Origin: an uncultured Phycisphaeraceae bacterium
GTDB taxonomy: Bacteria; Planctomycetota; Phycisphaerae; WQYP01
Assembly: GCA_964610975.1 (NCBI GenBank)
Contig: CAZSYN010000001.1
Location: forward strand, 177,065 to 241,064
Length of the DNA: 64,000 nt
Reading direction: 5' to 3'
Shown here: positions 50,058 to 60,117 of the stretch, piece by piece
How positions within the stretch are numbered: position 1 is the stretch's first letter
Layout: each line of letters starts with the position of its first letter
Translations under genes and position numbers: made by a program
The notes under the pieces: model-generated
The model's input: only the letters and a program-made list of their open reading frames with translations
Told to the model about the DNA's origin: nothing
Databases searched by the model: none

Positions 50058-51587
50058 TTATGCGGCTGAGTTGTGCCGCTGGTGATCTGTATTGCGATGT
50101 TTTCTCGGAAGTCGCCGGCGATACCACCAGAAAAATAAAAATAGGATCGCAGTAAGCAACGGCACAAGCCAGGCATAATATCCGGGCAAAACAAAAAATA
50201 ATGAACTGAGAGTCAGTCCCGCAATCGGATAGTCATGGCGTACGCCCAAAACAGTCATCACCCCCCACGAAAAAACAAATAGTGACGCCGCCAGCGCGGA
50301 CCATGCCGCGCCAAGAATCGGAGTAAACGATTGTTCATCGTGATATTGGCTCAGCATAATTGCCGCGACAATCAGTACGCAGCCCCACAACATGGCGCCG
50401 AGATCAGGCCGCTCATAAAGATCACACCACACGTTGACGTACATCAACATGCTGTGCAGAACAAATAGGCTGATCATAATTTTAAGATTGGCCAGAAACG
50501 CGGCGTGATACGTCAGCGGAAAAACAGCCTGCCATAACGGCATCAGCAATAACAATAACGTCCCGGCCAGTAACAAAACACATATGCCCATGCGCCCAAC
50601 CGTGACCAATTGCCGGCGTGCGCGTTTGCGCGCGCCATGCGACCATGACGTCACAATTAATCCGTAAGTGCTTGACCATATGGTGGCGGCCACATACACA
50701 ATCAACTGCGCCACGCGCCACGGCGCGGCAAATTCCGCCACGGAGCCGGAATCGCGCATGACCCACCCGACGGCCCAGAAAATGGCATAACCATACGTCA
50801 TCATCAGCATCAGCCGAATAAATGCCGCCGTCGCAAAGCGATGGCGCGATGGTAAATTTTCTGCTGAATTGTCAGGGCTGATTTTATTGAGCGTGCGGCA
50901 ATAGCGTATGATTTGCAGAAGGAAGTAGAGTGCGGGGATTCCGTTTGATGCTGCGTATGCCGCCAGCAGCAAAACCGCGCCACCATACATGGCCGCGCCG
51001 GCAGAAAGCACCAGCAGCAAGACGGCGGCGATGCTCTCCATAAACGCCGCGCTGCCATATGCACGCAACCCGCGCAGCAATCCCAACAAATATTGATAAC
51101 CAGCCAGCAACAGGACGTTGATTAACGCCCAAAAGACGATCAACACGGCGTCATGATGATCCGCGGCCGGCAGAAGATACTGCGCCAGCCAGGGCGCAAG
51201 CACTGCTCCGGCAACGACAACGCAACATGATGTCAGCAGCAATCGCCTGGCATGGCTGCGTAGCAACTGCTGTAATTGGCCCGCCGAAACCGCCCCGGCC
51301 GCATAACGCTCAATCACTTCGCCAAGCCCCATCAGCGCAAGCGGCACGAACCAATTAATCAACTCAAGCGCCGGCTGATACATGCCAAACTGCGCTTTGC
51401 CGGCCTCGCCCAGTAATCGCGTGACAACCAACAGACGCACAAAAGCAAGCAACCGGTTCAGCAGCACCAGCGGAATATACCGCGAGGCAGCAGCACCGGC
51501 TGAAGGAATCGGCTGAACAGTAATGTATGATTTAAGCACTCTCGGGATTTTGCCGCCAAATGTGTCTGATTTCCAGTTTCGCGACAA
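50058..51587 (-). CDS. Polytopic membrane protein, MOP-superfamily flippase-like (Wzx/MurJ-like).
   Basis: About 12-14 predicted TM helices and the typical length. Product assignment is tentative. Confidence 0.55.
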   Translation of the reverse strand: MSRNWKSDTFGGKIPRVLKSYITVQPIPSAGAAASRYIPLVLLNRLLAFVRLLVVTRLLGEAGKAQFGMYQPALELINWFVPLALMGLGEVIERYAAGAVSAGQLQQLLRSHARRLLLTSCCVVVAGAVLAPWLAQYLLPAADHHDAVLIVFWALINVLLLAGYQYLLGLLRGLRAYGSAAFMESIAAVLLLVLSAGAAMYGGAVLLLAAYAASNGIPALYFLLQIIRYCRTLNKISPDNSAENLPSRHRFATAAFIRLMLMMTYGYAIFWAVGWVMRDSGSVAEFAAPWRVAQLIVYVAATIWSSTYGLIVTSWSHGARKRARRQLVTVGRMGICVLLLAGTLLLLLMPLWQAVFPLTYHAAFLANLKIMISLFVLHSMLMYVNVWCDLYERPDLGAMLWGCVLIVAAIMLSQYHDEQSFTPILGAAWSALAASLFVFSWGVMTVLGVRHDYPIAGLTLSSLFFVLPGYYAWLVPLLTAILFLFFWWYRRRLPRKHRNTDHQRHNSAA

Positions 51588-51684
51588 AAGAATTTATGAT
51601 TGCGCCTCACGTGGGTAAAAAATCAGCCATCATGCTTGCAGCAAGCATGATGGCTGCGTCATTGATTCGGCCAATCATAACAGG

Positions 51685-52341
51685 TTATTTGTTATACGTC
51701 GGCGCGGTATCGGGCTCGGAATCCTCCGGCGCAGTTGTCGGAACCGTTGCCGGAACGGACGGCGCCGTGGCCGGACCTTCAGTTGTGACTTTGACTTCGC
51801 TTGCCGGTGTTGACGGAGTGGCAGTTAACGCGGCTTTCTGCGTCAGCGGCAAACGCACGGCCTGTGCTTGCAATGCCAGTTCACGCGCCTTGTCCGGGAA
51901 GTAATTCAGCGCCTTAAACTCAACGATTTTTCCGTTGGCGCGAATCTGAATCCTGCGCTCAGAACGTTTGTATTCGTCATAGCGAGTGCGCCAGGAGTAC
52001 CACGGTTTATAATTCTTCTCAAGAAGCATATTTTTCTGAACTTCATTCCACATATTCTGAATCTGCGTCGGATTCAGCGGCACTTCCTGAGTAAATGACG
52101 TGGCAATAGTATCGTTATAATCACTGAGGATCATATATGTTGTGCTGCTGAGCAGATCATTGGCGGTGATGACCTGACGAATATCCTGACGCGAATAGTA
52201 CGTGTCTTTTGATTCATCAAGAACAATCGCAAAATCCTGCGGATACGGCGTGGGAGTAAATACTTCCGCCGTTTTCTTGGTTTGGCAAGCCATCAGGGCC
52301 AGGGGCAACAGAAACAGCGGGACGATACGTTTCATGGACAT
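51685..52341 (-). CDS. Lipoprotein, function unknown.
   Basis: Lipobox LALMAC after a signal peptide. Co-oriented with the downstream flippase-like gene. Confidence 0.6.
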   Translation of the reverse strand: MSMKRIVPLFLLPLALMACQTKKTAEVFTPTPYPQDFAIVLDESKDTYYSRQDIRQVITANDLLSSTTYMILSDYNDTIATSFTQEVPLNPTQIQNMWNEVQKNMLLEKNYKPWYSWRTRYDEYKRSERRIQIRANGKIVEFKALNYFPDKARELALQAQAVRLPLTQKAALTATPSTPASEVKVTTEGPATAPSVPATVPTTAPEDSEPDTAPTYNK

Positions 52342-52479
52342 TACCTCTTTTTTCTACGCGTATTGAGAATTTATCGGTCAGCAAGGTCTTTATTCTTCAT
52401 ATTGTCAGCAAAATGCCGCAAAAAAGAAAGAGGTCGCGCCAACAGGCACAACCTCTTTTAGTATTGTAGAAACAATTAC

Positions 52480-52809
52480 TTAAGCGCTAAATGAGCTGCC
52501 GCAGCCACAGGTGCTGGTGGCATTAGGATTCTTAAATACGAATCCGCGTCCCATGATTTCGTCCTTAAAATCAATTTCAGTACCGTTGAGGTAGAGATAG
52601 CTTTTGCGATCAGCGTAAATCTTGACGCCATTTGACTCCATGATTTCGTCGTTATCCGGCTGAGATTCAGTCAGATCAAGAACGTAGGAAAAACCTGAGC
52701 AACCGCCGCCTTTTACGCCAACGCGTAACGCAACTTCTTTTGACAAGCCCTGCTGGTCAATAATCGTCTTGATTTCGCGGGCCGCTGTTTCTGAAAGAGT
52801 AATAGCCAT
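52480..52809 (-). CDS. erpA: Fe-S cluster insertion / A-type carrier protein (IscA/ErpA/HesB family).
   Basis: Conserved Cys triad (GGGCSGFSY ... CGCGSSF). Start called at MAITLS; the ORF track extends to 52887. Confidence 0.85.
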   Translation of the reverse strand: MAITLSETAAREIKTIIDQQGLSKEVALRVGVKGGGCSGFSYVLDLTESQPDNDEIMESNGVKIYADRKSYLYLNGTEIDFKDEIMGRGFVFKNPNATSTCGCGSSFSA

Positions 52810-52993
52810 ATGCCTTCCGCTCCTGCGAGAAATAATTCCTATCAATAATGTACTATAGGGCACGCAACGTCCGGTAGCAAGAGTCATTCTTGTCGGAAAT
52901 TGGTTCTACAAGATTCGGGGCATGTGCCGATAAGAATGCCTTACGTCGCTGTGACTAATCTCATATGTTATTGGCAGAAACCAGAGTTCCGGC

Positions 52994-54271
52994 ATGAATC
53001 AAGTGACAAAATATGCGGCCCTTGCGTGTGCGTTTTACTTTACTTTCATCATCGCAGGATGCAAAGAAAATAACCGGGCGGCGTCCCAGGAAAATCCGCC
53101 GCTGGTTCAGCCGCCTGGCATCGGCCAGGAATCAACACTGGTACCGCCGCCGACACCTCCGGGGTTAACTCCCGGCGGCGACAAAAATATCCTTTTGCCA
53201 CGCAACAATCAGCCGCCGGTATTTCCGCCGGTACCGGCCATGCTGCCAAAACCACGCATACTCGGCCCGGTAACCCCGGCCGTTGTTGAAGTTCGTTTTA
53301 TGGCCGAGCCGCAGATCCGTGTCAGACTCACGGACGAATCTGTTAATCCGCCAAGCATTGCCCGCGGAAAATATCGCGGCAAAATTGACGTGCTGCAATT
53401 GCAAAATCAGAAATATGTGGCCGTCAACACACTGCCGATTGATCAATACCTCGCCGGCGTTCTGGCAAAAGAAATGTACGGCAACTGGTCTCAAACTGCG
53501 TTTCGCACGCAGGCCATCGTCGCACGAACTTACGCTCTTTATCAGATTATGACGCAGGGACGCGGGCAATTATGGGATGTTTCCGATACGGTCTCGTCGC
53601 AGGTTTACGGCGGCATCGCCGGAGAAACCGCCAAAGCGCGCAATGCCGTGGCCGCCACGCGCGGCGAAGTTCTTGTGACAACATCGCAGGGCAAAACCGG
53701 AATTTTCTGCACGTATTTTTCCGCATGCTCCGGCGGCGCCAGCCAGGATGCGGCCGAAGCCTGGGGCGATTTGCCCGTAGGCACATTGCGCGCACAACGC
53801 CTGGGCACTATTGATTCGGCCTGTCCTTATTACACTTGGCCGACGATTCGCATTGCCAAATCAGACCTTACCCGCTGCATCAATTCATGGGGTGTGCGCA
53901 ACCAGTTGCCTTATATCGCGGCGCTTGGCCCGGTTCAGAATATTCAGATCACCAAACGCAGCGCCGCCACGGGCCGGCCGACGATCATTTCCGTCACTGA
54001 TGCTCAGGGCCACACAATCCCGATGCGTGCGGAGGAGTTTCGCATTGCAATCTTAAACGACCCCACTGGCACTACGCCCAAGCCCAAATCAAGTTGGTTT
54101 GAGATTCAGGACCAGGGATCGGCCGTCGCCCTGACCAACGGCCGCGGATTTGGCCACGGCGTGGGCTTGTCACAATGGGGAACACAGGCGCTCTCTCTTA
54201 AAGGCAGCACGCCGACAGAAATCCTCAACCTGTATTACCCCGGCGCCAAAACAACCCGGCTGTGGAAATAA
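52994..54271 (+). CDS. SpoIID/LytB-domain protein (amidase enhancer).
   Basis: Signal/lipoprotein-like N-terminus and SpoIID conserved blocks (YLAGVL..EM...W...A.RTQAI.ARTYAL; F.S.SGG). Confidence 0.8.
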   Translation: MNQVTKYAALACAFYFTFIIAGCKENNRAASQENPPLVQPPGIGQESTLVPPPTPPGLTPGGDKNILLPRNNQPPVFPPVPAMLPKPRILGPVTPAVVEVRFMAEPQIRVRLTDESVNPPSIARGKYRGKIDVLQLQNQKYVAVNTLPIDQYLAGVLAKEMYGNWSQTAFRTQAIVARTYALYQIMTQGRGQLWDVSDTVSSQVYGGIAGETAKARNAVAATRGEVLVTTSQGKTGIFCTYFSACSGGASQDAAEAWGDLPVGTLRAQRLGTIDSACPYYTWPTIRIAKSDLTRCINSWGVRNQLPYIAALGPVQNIQITKRSAATGRPTIISVTDAQGHTIPMRAEEFRIAILNDPTGTTPKPKSSWFEIQDQGSAVALTNGRGFGHGVGLSQWGTQALSLKGSTPTEILNLYYPGAKTTRLWK

Positions 54272-54333
54272 CAAAGGTTGCGTATAAAGACGACGCATTT
54301 GGCATGGTTATCATTTCGTTCATGATGCATGCA

Positions 54334-56085
54334 TTACATCAGCATCTTCGCCACGACAATCGTTGTGTCATCAGTTCTGCGGTTCAGGCCGACGAAGCGG
54401 CGTGTTTCCCATAGCATTTGCCGGCAAATCTGTTCAGCGGAACCTCCGCTGTATTTCAGCAGTGATTCACGCATGCGGACCTTGCCGAATTTTTCACCGG
54501 AGTACGTCATGGCATCCGGTACGCCGTCGGTATAAATCCAGAGCACATCGTCTTTTTCAAGCTGAACGATGTCTTTTTCGTAAGTCTGTTCCGGATCAAT
54601 GCCGATGACCATGCCGCCGGTTCCCAGTTCGCGCATTTGTCCGTTGCGCAGCAGGATCGGCGGTTCGTGGCCGGCGTTGCAGTACGTCAGGCGCCGGAGC
54701 TTAAAATCAATCACGCCGTACCAGAGCGTGATAAACTCGTTTGAGCGCATATCAAGCGACATGCTGCGATTAACACGGCGGAGAATCTCATCAAGATCGT
54801 AAATAAGATCCGCATGCGCACGCATGGCCGCGCGAACGGACGCCATCAACAGCGAGGCCGGCATCCCTTTGCCCACAACATCCGCAATGGTAACGCCGAT
54901 TGAGGATTCGCCAAGCGGTATAAAATCATAAAAATCGCCGCCGAGTTCAAAGCACGGCACATACAGAGCGGCAATGTCAATTTCAGGCCGCTGCGGCGGA
55001 TGCGCCGGCATCATGCGTCGCTGAACTTCCGCGGCAATCTGCACCTGGCGTTCAAGGCGGTCCTTCTCAAGTGCCTCATCCTGTAGGCGCGCATTCTCAA
55101 TTGCCACCGCAGCCTGCGATGCAATTGATTCAAGTATCTTGATCTCAACATCAGAAAAGATATGCTCATCACCCGTGTACACACGCAGCACGCCGACCGG
55201 CCGGTCTTTATACCGCATACCGGTGACCATGCTTGACACCACGCCCTCGCGCACGGATTCCTGCTGGTATATCACGCGCGGGTCCGTGGCCATGTTCTGA
55301 ATATAAACAGTGTTGCCATTGAGCGCGTGGCGATCAATGGGGCTTTGCCCGATCATCACCGGGCCTTTTTTGAGATACTGCTCAGAAAGCCCAAACACGC
55401 TTTTGATCACAAGCTCATCGCGCGTTTCGTCCACAAGGCGCAGCGAACAACTTTTGACATGCATGGCCTCGGCCACGCCGCGCGTAATGCGATCAAGAAT
55501 CTGCTGAAGTCCACGCGAGCCGGAAAGCATCGTGGAGATGTTGAACATCGCCTGCAATTCCTGGATGCGCTGGCGAAGCTGATATTCCTGCTCGCACAGG
55601 CGCGAGAGCGCATTGGCAAGCAGGTAAAGAAATTGCACGCTTGCCGTGCGCTGGCCGATGCCTTCTTCGTTCATCGCTTCAATGACGGAACGTACATGCT
55701 CGGCCGGTAATTGCAGTCTTTTGGCAAGGCGGTTGATCTGCGATGTTTTAATCGGCGCAGCCTTTGCCGGCTCCATGACAATGCTGGCGACCGGCTGGCC
55801 CGCAACTGAAATTGTTGCGGTAAACGGCTGGTCAAGATCGCTATCGCCCTTGTTTTTGCGCGCGGCGGCAATGGCGGCCGATCTGCTTGAAAAACGGTCG
55901 GAAACGGTTGTTTGCGTCAGCGGCTGGCCGCCCATGTCAAGAATCGTCGCCTTAACCTGCGCCACCATCGCAAGAGAATCCTGAATATCCTGTAGTGTGG
56001 GCGCATCAATAAAATCGGTAATGCGTGTTCCGACAGGCAACGACTTTCCCGGTTCGGTTGTCTGCGTTGAATTGTCAGTTGTCAT
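54334..56085 (-). CDS. GAF-sensor PP2C-type Ser/Thr phosphatase (RsbU/SpoIIE family).
   Basis: Central GAF-like region followed by PP2C motifs (GGDFYD, ADVVGKG, GHEPP). Confidence 0.8.
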   Translation of the reverse strand: MTTDNSTQTTEPGKSLPVGTRITDFIDAPTLQDIQDSLAMVAQVKATILDMGGQPLTQTTVSDRFSSRSAAIAAARKNKGDSDLDQPFTATISVAGQPVASIVMEPAKAAPIKTSQINRLAKRLQLPAEHVRSVIEAMNEEGIGQRTASVQFLYLLANALSRLCEQEYQLRQRIQELQAMFNISTMLSGSRGLQQILDRITRGVAEAMHVKSCSLRLVDETRDELVIKSVFGLSEQYLKKGPVMIGQSPIDRHALNGNTVYIQNMATDPRVIYQQESVREGVVSSMVTGMRYKDRPVGVLRVYTGDEHIFSDVEIKILESIASQAAVAIENARLQDEALEKDRLERQVQIAAEVQRRMMPAHPPQRPEIDIAALYVPCFELGGDFYDFIPLGESSIGVTIADVVGKGMPASLLMASVRAAMRAHADLIYDLDEILRRVNRSMSLDMRSNEFITLWYGVIDFKLRRLTYCNAGHEPPILLRNGQMRELGTGGMVIGIDPEQTYEKDIVQLEKDDVLWIYTDGVPDAMTYSGEKFGKVRMRESLLKYSGGSAEQICRQMLWETRRFVGLNRRTDDTTIVVAKMLM

Positions 56086-56209
56086 ATTTGGCTCCCGTTT
56101 ACGGAAGCCTCGCTAAAAACAAAAATATACACAAATCTTCCTTGTTTGCTTAACTTTTCAAAAGCATCCCTGCTTGCGCCTTTGCGCCACACCGGCGCAA
56201 AAGCACCCG

Positions 56210-57910
56210 TCAATTGGGCGGCGTGGCTTTGTTGTCGCCGCCATCGCCCCATATTTTGGCCGCAGATTTCTGCGTCAAATCATTGGGCGATGCCTGCGCC
56301 CATGATTTGAGTTGTTCCTGAAGTTTATCGGCCTGCCCGGTCTGGTAGTAGCAATAGGTCAGGAGGAAATTTGCCGGCCCTTTGGGCGTGCGCTGCGCCA
56401 GCGCTGCCAGATCCGTAATAACAAAGTTTAAGCGATCACCCATCATGCGACGCAAATCAGTCTTCAGCGTCAGCAGATCCGGATAACGATCAAAAACAAA
56501 ACGCAGATCATATGCCGCGCTCTCATAAAATCCCGCGGCGATTTCCGCCTGGGCGCGGCCGATCATCGCCGGCGTATATCCCGCATCAAGCAGCAACACG
56601 CTCTGATACGTATCGGCCGCCTGAATATACCGCCCTGCCTTCATCTGCCGATCAGCAATATTCATCATATCGCGCGGACTGATGGGTTCGCGCCCCGACA
56701 TGCGCGGCGCGCGCGTGGTATCCACAGAGCCTTCCGCAATAACCTTGCCATAAGCGTCACGCTTGACGGTTTTTGTATCAGCGCCTGGCGCGGCTGTCTC
56801 ATAAGCCTGCGCCTGAATTTCATGCAGCTTGTTATCAAGCCATTGTTTTGAACGGTAATTTGGCGCGGAAGGATCAGTTGACTGATATTTTGCCAGTTCC
56901 GTTTTGGCTTTTGCCACGGCCGGGCTGTCTGTTAACAGAGGCGTTGCGCCCGCCGTTTTGATCTTGGCGGAATTGGCATCGCTTTCAGAACCCTTGTTAT
57001 CCTTGTTTGGCTTGAGAGAGCCATCAAGATAACGATCAGATTTTGTTCCGTCGGCCGGTGTAAGCGTCAACGGTTTTACCCGGCCGTCATCCTGTGTACC
57101 AGTACGGCCAACACCAACCGGCGTATTATCCGCCGGCGTTTTGCCGTCCGCATTATTTGTATTCCCTTGATTGCCTGGCTGCGTATTAAACTGATCATCC
57201 CCTGCGCGCGCGGATGTCTTGATCGGCGTAGCACCGGCCGAAAGATCAACGCTCAACGCCTGGCCATCCTCACGCACAGAACGCCAGCCGAAAAGTGAAC
57301 TTGTGGTATTGCCGGTAAGGTTATCGCTACTGCCGCCGTTGACACGGAAGCTGCGCAACGGCACCACCGGATCGCCAGCGTTTGGCGCATCAACCATTTT
57401 GCTTGGCCCGGCAGAAAACTGCGTGCGCGCGGAACTCGTAGGATTGATCGCGCCAGGCCCGGTCATACGTGCCTCAACGCCGGTCAGGCTTCCGGGATTA
57501 ATGCGCCCTTGCGATGTGGACGTTAACTGCGACGGCATGTAATACGTTGAATAGCCGCCGGTATAGGTGCCGCCTGAACTTAACCCGCCGCTTTGGCGGG
57601 CAAAAGTACGCAGATCAGATGATCCCAGGCGACCCTGAAATTCCGTTGATGAAGAATACGGAACCCGGCCATGAAAATAACCCAGGCCCGATACATTCCC
57701 TGTCATCACCTGATTGCCGTTTATCGGCACATACCCGCGAATAGGGGTATTTGATCCGCCCGAACCGACCATCGTATTGGCATCAAGCGCGCGCCCTTCA
57801 CGTTCCTGAAGAACTTGCCCCCATGATGCCGCCGTTACGGCCAGAGCCAGTACGGAAGCTATAGGCCACGGCCGCGCCAAAACCTGCACATAATGATTCT
57901 TCAGCATGAC
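56210..57910 (-). CDS. Secreted Gly/Ser/Thr-rich protein with a C-terminal TPR-like region.
   Basis: Signal peptide from MLKNHYVQVLARPWPIASVLALAVTAASWG, with an AGGAGG RBS. The ORF track extends to 57994. Confidence 0.55.
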   Translation of the reverse strand, partial: VMLKNHYVQVLARPWPIASVLALAVTAASWGQVLQEREGRALDANTMVGSGGSNTPIRGYVPINGNQVMTGNVSGLGYFHGRVPYSSSTEFQGRLGSSDLRTFARQSGGLSSGGTYTGGYSTYYMPSQLTSTSQGRINPGSLTGVEARMTGPGAINPTSSARTQFSAGPSKMVDAPNAGDPVVPLRSFRVNGGSSDNLTGNTTSSLFGWRSVREDGQALSVDLSAGATPIKTSARAGDDQFNTQPGNQGNTNNADGKTPADNTPVGVGRTGTQDDGRVKPLTLTPADGTKSDRYLDGSLKPNKDNKGSESDANSAKIKTAGATPLLTDSPAVAKAKTELAKYQSTDPSAPNYRSKQWLDNKLHEIQAQAYETAAPGADTKTVKRDAYGKVIAEGSVDTTRAPRMSGREPISPRDMMNIADRQMKAGRYIQAADTYQSVLLLDAGYTPAMIGRAQAEIAAGFYESAAYDLRFVFDRYPDLLTLKTDLRRMMGDRLNFVITDLAALAQRTPKGPANFLLTYCYYQTGQADKLQEQLKSWAQASPNDLTQKSAAKIWGDGGDNKATPPN

Positions 57911-58315
57911 CGCTCCTCCTAGTGAGTGCCAAGAATATCTGCCTATTTTAATCATATTCAGGAAGTTGCCACAACCTTCATTAATATTGCACAAAATAAT
58001 CCGAACAAAATACGAAAATTTTTCAAAATAATTGTAGACAAGTTAAAAAATGTCATATATATTACCAAACAACGACCTTACGAATACGTCTCAAGTTTTC
58101 TTGAGGTCAGAACCGACAAATAAGGGCGAGCCTCTACCAAGCATAGTAGAGGGCGCAATGAGTCTCTACAACTCGTTGCGATATTCATGGCTGTTTGTGA
58201 TTGCTTGTAACTGCTTATGCTAGGTGATGTTAGGAGCTTGCTCGGGGTTATGAGCCGGCTGTCAAGACTGATTTTGATCCTGACAATCACCAGGGAGCCC
58301 TGAAGGAGCCCTTGT

Positions 58316-59602
58316 ATGTCGGCAGGCATGGTTGAAAAATTTAATAGTAGTTCCGGAAGTGCGGTCTTTACCGTTTCTCGGATGGGTCAGTCTGGTGGCC
58401 ATCCTGGTAATAGCTCGCATGTGGGGCAGAACCGTCAACGTGGCCAGATATCCTCTGGTACGCATCGGGATGAGCTTGGTCAGGGGATGGCTGGCCACCG
58501 GGGAATATTGGGTCGCATGTTGGGCTCATGCTTTGGCTCGCTTGGCTTTGGTTTGGCTCTCTCGGCATCCGGCAGCGGTAAGCTGCTCTCAGAAAAATTG
58601 CCTCTTTGCAGCTTTGGCCCCGGAGGCAGCTATCTGGTGGATTGGCGCGCCCATGTTAAAACTGAGCAGGAACTGGTGCGTCGTGGCGAAGCACGAACGC
58701 TGGCAGCCGGAATTGAACGAATTGCCGAGACTTTGGCATTTGACTTAAAAGGTTGGCTGCTGGCTGAGCATCCGGAGCGCTGCCACCGCATTGATTCTCA
58801 TCCGGCAACGCTTGATGGTTGCCCGTTATGCGGTCACGAAAATCAATGGCCTGACTGGTTCATACAAGATCAGCCGGCGCCCGATCGCCAGATGCTCTTT
58901 GCGGGCATGCGAATCGCGGAAGACTTAAAACAATCGCTTGCCAAGGACAAGCAGGCGTCACGAATAGTTAAGCGTGTCAGCGCGGGCCATCGTTTCGCCC
59001 GGGACCTTTTTGGAGATTCTGCGAAGATTGATGCGTCATTTATAGAAGACGCCGCCCCGCCGCGGGAGCAACAACAGGAGCAACCAAAGGATTCAGCAGC
59101 AACAACAAACGTCAGCACAGCGGATTGCCGTACTGATAGCGTGACTCAAAATCAAAATGTTGTTGCAGTCGCAGAACCGATTGATGCGCCAACTGAGGGC
59201 AGTCCTGTTCACAAGCCTGATTTCTCGCAGGCAGCAGAACAGGCCGTACAAAAAGATAATCATACCGGTCAAAAGAGCGGCATTTGGGAAACCGAAGACA
59301 CGGGCCCATTTCTCTTCCGGTACAGTGATAATTTAGAGCCGGTTTCTTTCCGGCTCCCCGATTCAATAAGGGAGCAAGCCCATGACACCGACACCCAAGC
59401 AACTCAAAATCCTGATAGCAATCCGGGACTTCCGGGTGCGCAACGGGTACTCGCCGACCATGCAGGAACTGGCCGATCAGCTCAGCGTCTCAAAGGTAAC
59501 CATCTTCGAGCACGTAGAAGCTCTCGAGCGGAAAAATCTTCTGGTGCGTGCCCGGAACAAGGCTCGCTCTTTGGAAATCAGCCCGACGGTCAAGCTGCCT
59601 GA
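58316..59602 (+). CDS. Doubtful ORF: hypothetical protein with a putative C-x..-CPLC zinc ribbon; it overlaps the lexA start by 220 nt.
   Basis: Long ORF upstream of and co-oriented with lexA. The Gly/Ser-rich N-terminus and the long overlap with a well-supported gene lower confidence. Confidence 0.3.
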   Translation: MSAGMVEKFNSSSGSAVFTVSRMGQSGGHPGNSSHVGQNRQRGQISSGTHRDELGQGMAGHRGILGRMLGSCFGSLGFGLALSASGSGKLLSEKLPLCSFGPGGSYLVDWRAHVKTEQELVRRGEARTLAAGIERIAETLAFDLKGWLLAEHPERCHRIDSHPATLDGCPLCGHENQWPDWFIQDQPAPDRQMLFAGMRIAEDLKQSLAKDKQASRIVKRVSAGHRFARDLFGDSAKIDASFIEDAAPPREQQQEQPKDSAATTNVSTADCRTDSVTQNQNVVAVAEPIDAPTEGSPVHKPDFSQAAEQAVQKDNHTGQKSGIWETEDTGPFLFRYSDNLEPVSFRLPDSIREQAHDTDTQATQNPDSNPGLPGAQRVLADHAGTGRSAQRLKGNHLRARRSSRAEKSSGACPEQGSLFGNQPDGQAA

Positions 59603-60017
59603 CGAAGACAAGCCAGGCGTCAGTTTCCCGCTTGTTGGTACCATTGCCGCAGGCCAGCCGATTGAGGCTTCTCAGGAAAACGAGACTCTTGACTTAAGCA
59701 GCCTCTTTAACACCCGTCACGGCACGTATGTGTTGCGTGTCAAGGGCACTTCTATGATTGAAGATCACATTGCCGATGGCGATTACGTCATCATTGAGCG
59801 CCGCGAACAGGCTCGTGACGGCGAAACTGTAGTGGCCCTGCTTGATGACGGTTCTGCAACGCTCAAGCGTTACTACCGTGAGCGTGGCCGCATTCGTCTT
59901 CAACCGGCCAATAGTAACATGGAGCCGATATACGTTAACAAGGATATTAAAATTCAGGGCGTGCTCATCGGCGTTCTGCGTACCTACGCAGGCAAGGCCG
60001 CACGCATCATGAACTAA
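59382..60017 (+). CDS. lexA: LexA repressor (S24 peptidase).
   Basis: N-terminal wHTH (QELADQLSVSKVTIFEHVEALERKNLL), cleavage-site region, catalytic Ser (GTSM) and Lys (LKRY). RBS AAGGGAG. Confidence 0.9.
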   Translation: MTPTPKQLKILIAIRDFRVRNGYSPTMQELADQLSVSKVTIFEHVEALERKNLLVRARNKARSLEISPTVKLPDEDKPGVSFPLVGTIAAGQPIEASQENETLDLSSLFNTRHGTYVLRVKGTSMIEDHIADGDYVIIERREQARDGETVVALLDDGSATLKRYYRERGRIRLQPANSNMEPIYVNKDIKIQGVLIGVLRTYAGKAARIMN

Positions 60018-60056
60018 GACAAGAATTAAGTGTGATTGAAAAATTTATCTGTAATT

Positions 60057-60086
60057 GAAAAAGGGCGGTTTTACACCGCCCTTTTT
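60057..60086. terminator. Bidirectional intrinsic terminator between lexA and mntH.
   Basis: GGGCGGT/ACCGCCC hairpin flanked by A- and T-runs. Confidence 0.55.
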
Positions 60087-60117
60087 GTCTTTTCTTGATC
60101 TTGATCGCAAAGCATCT

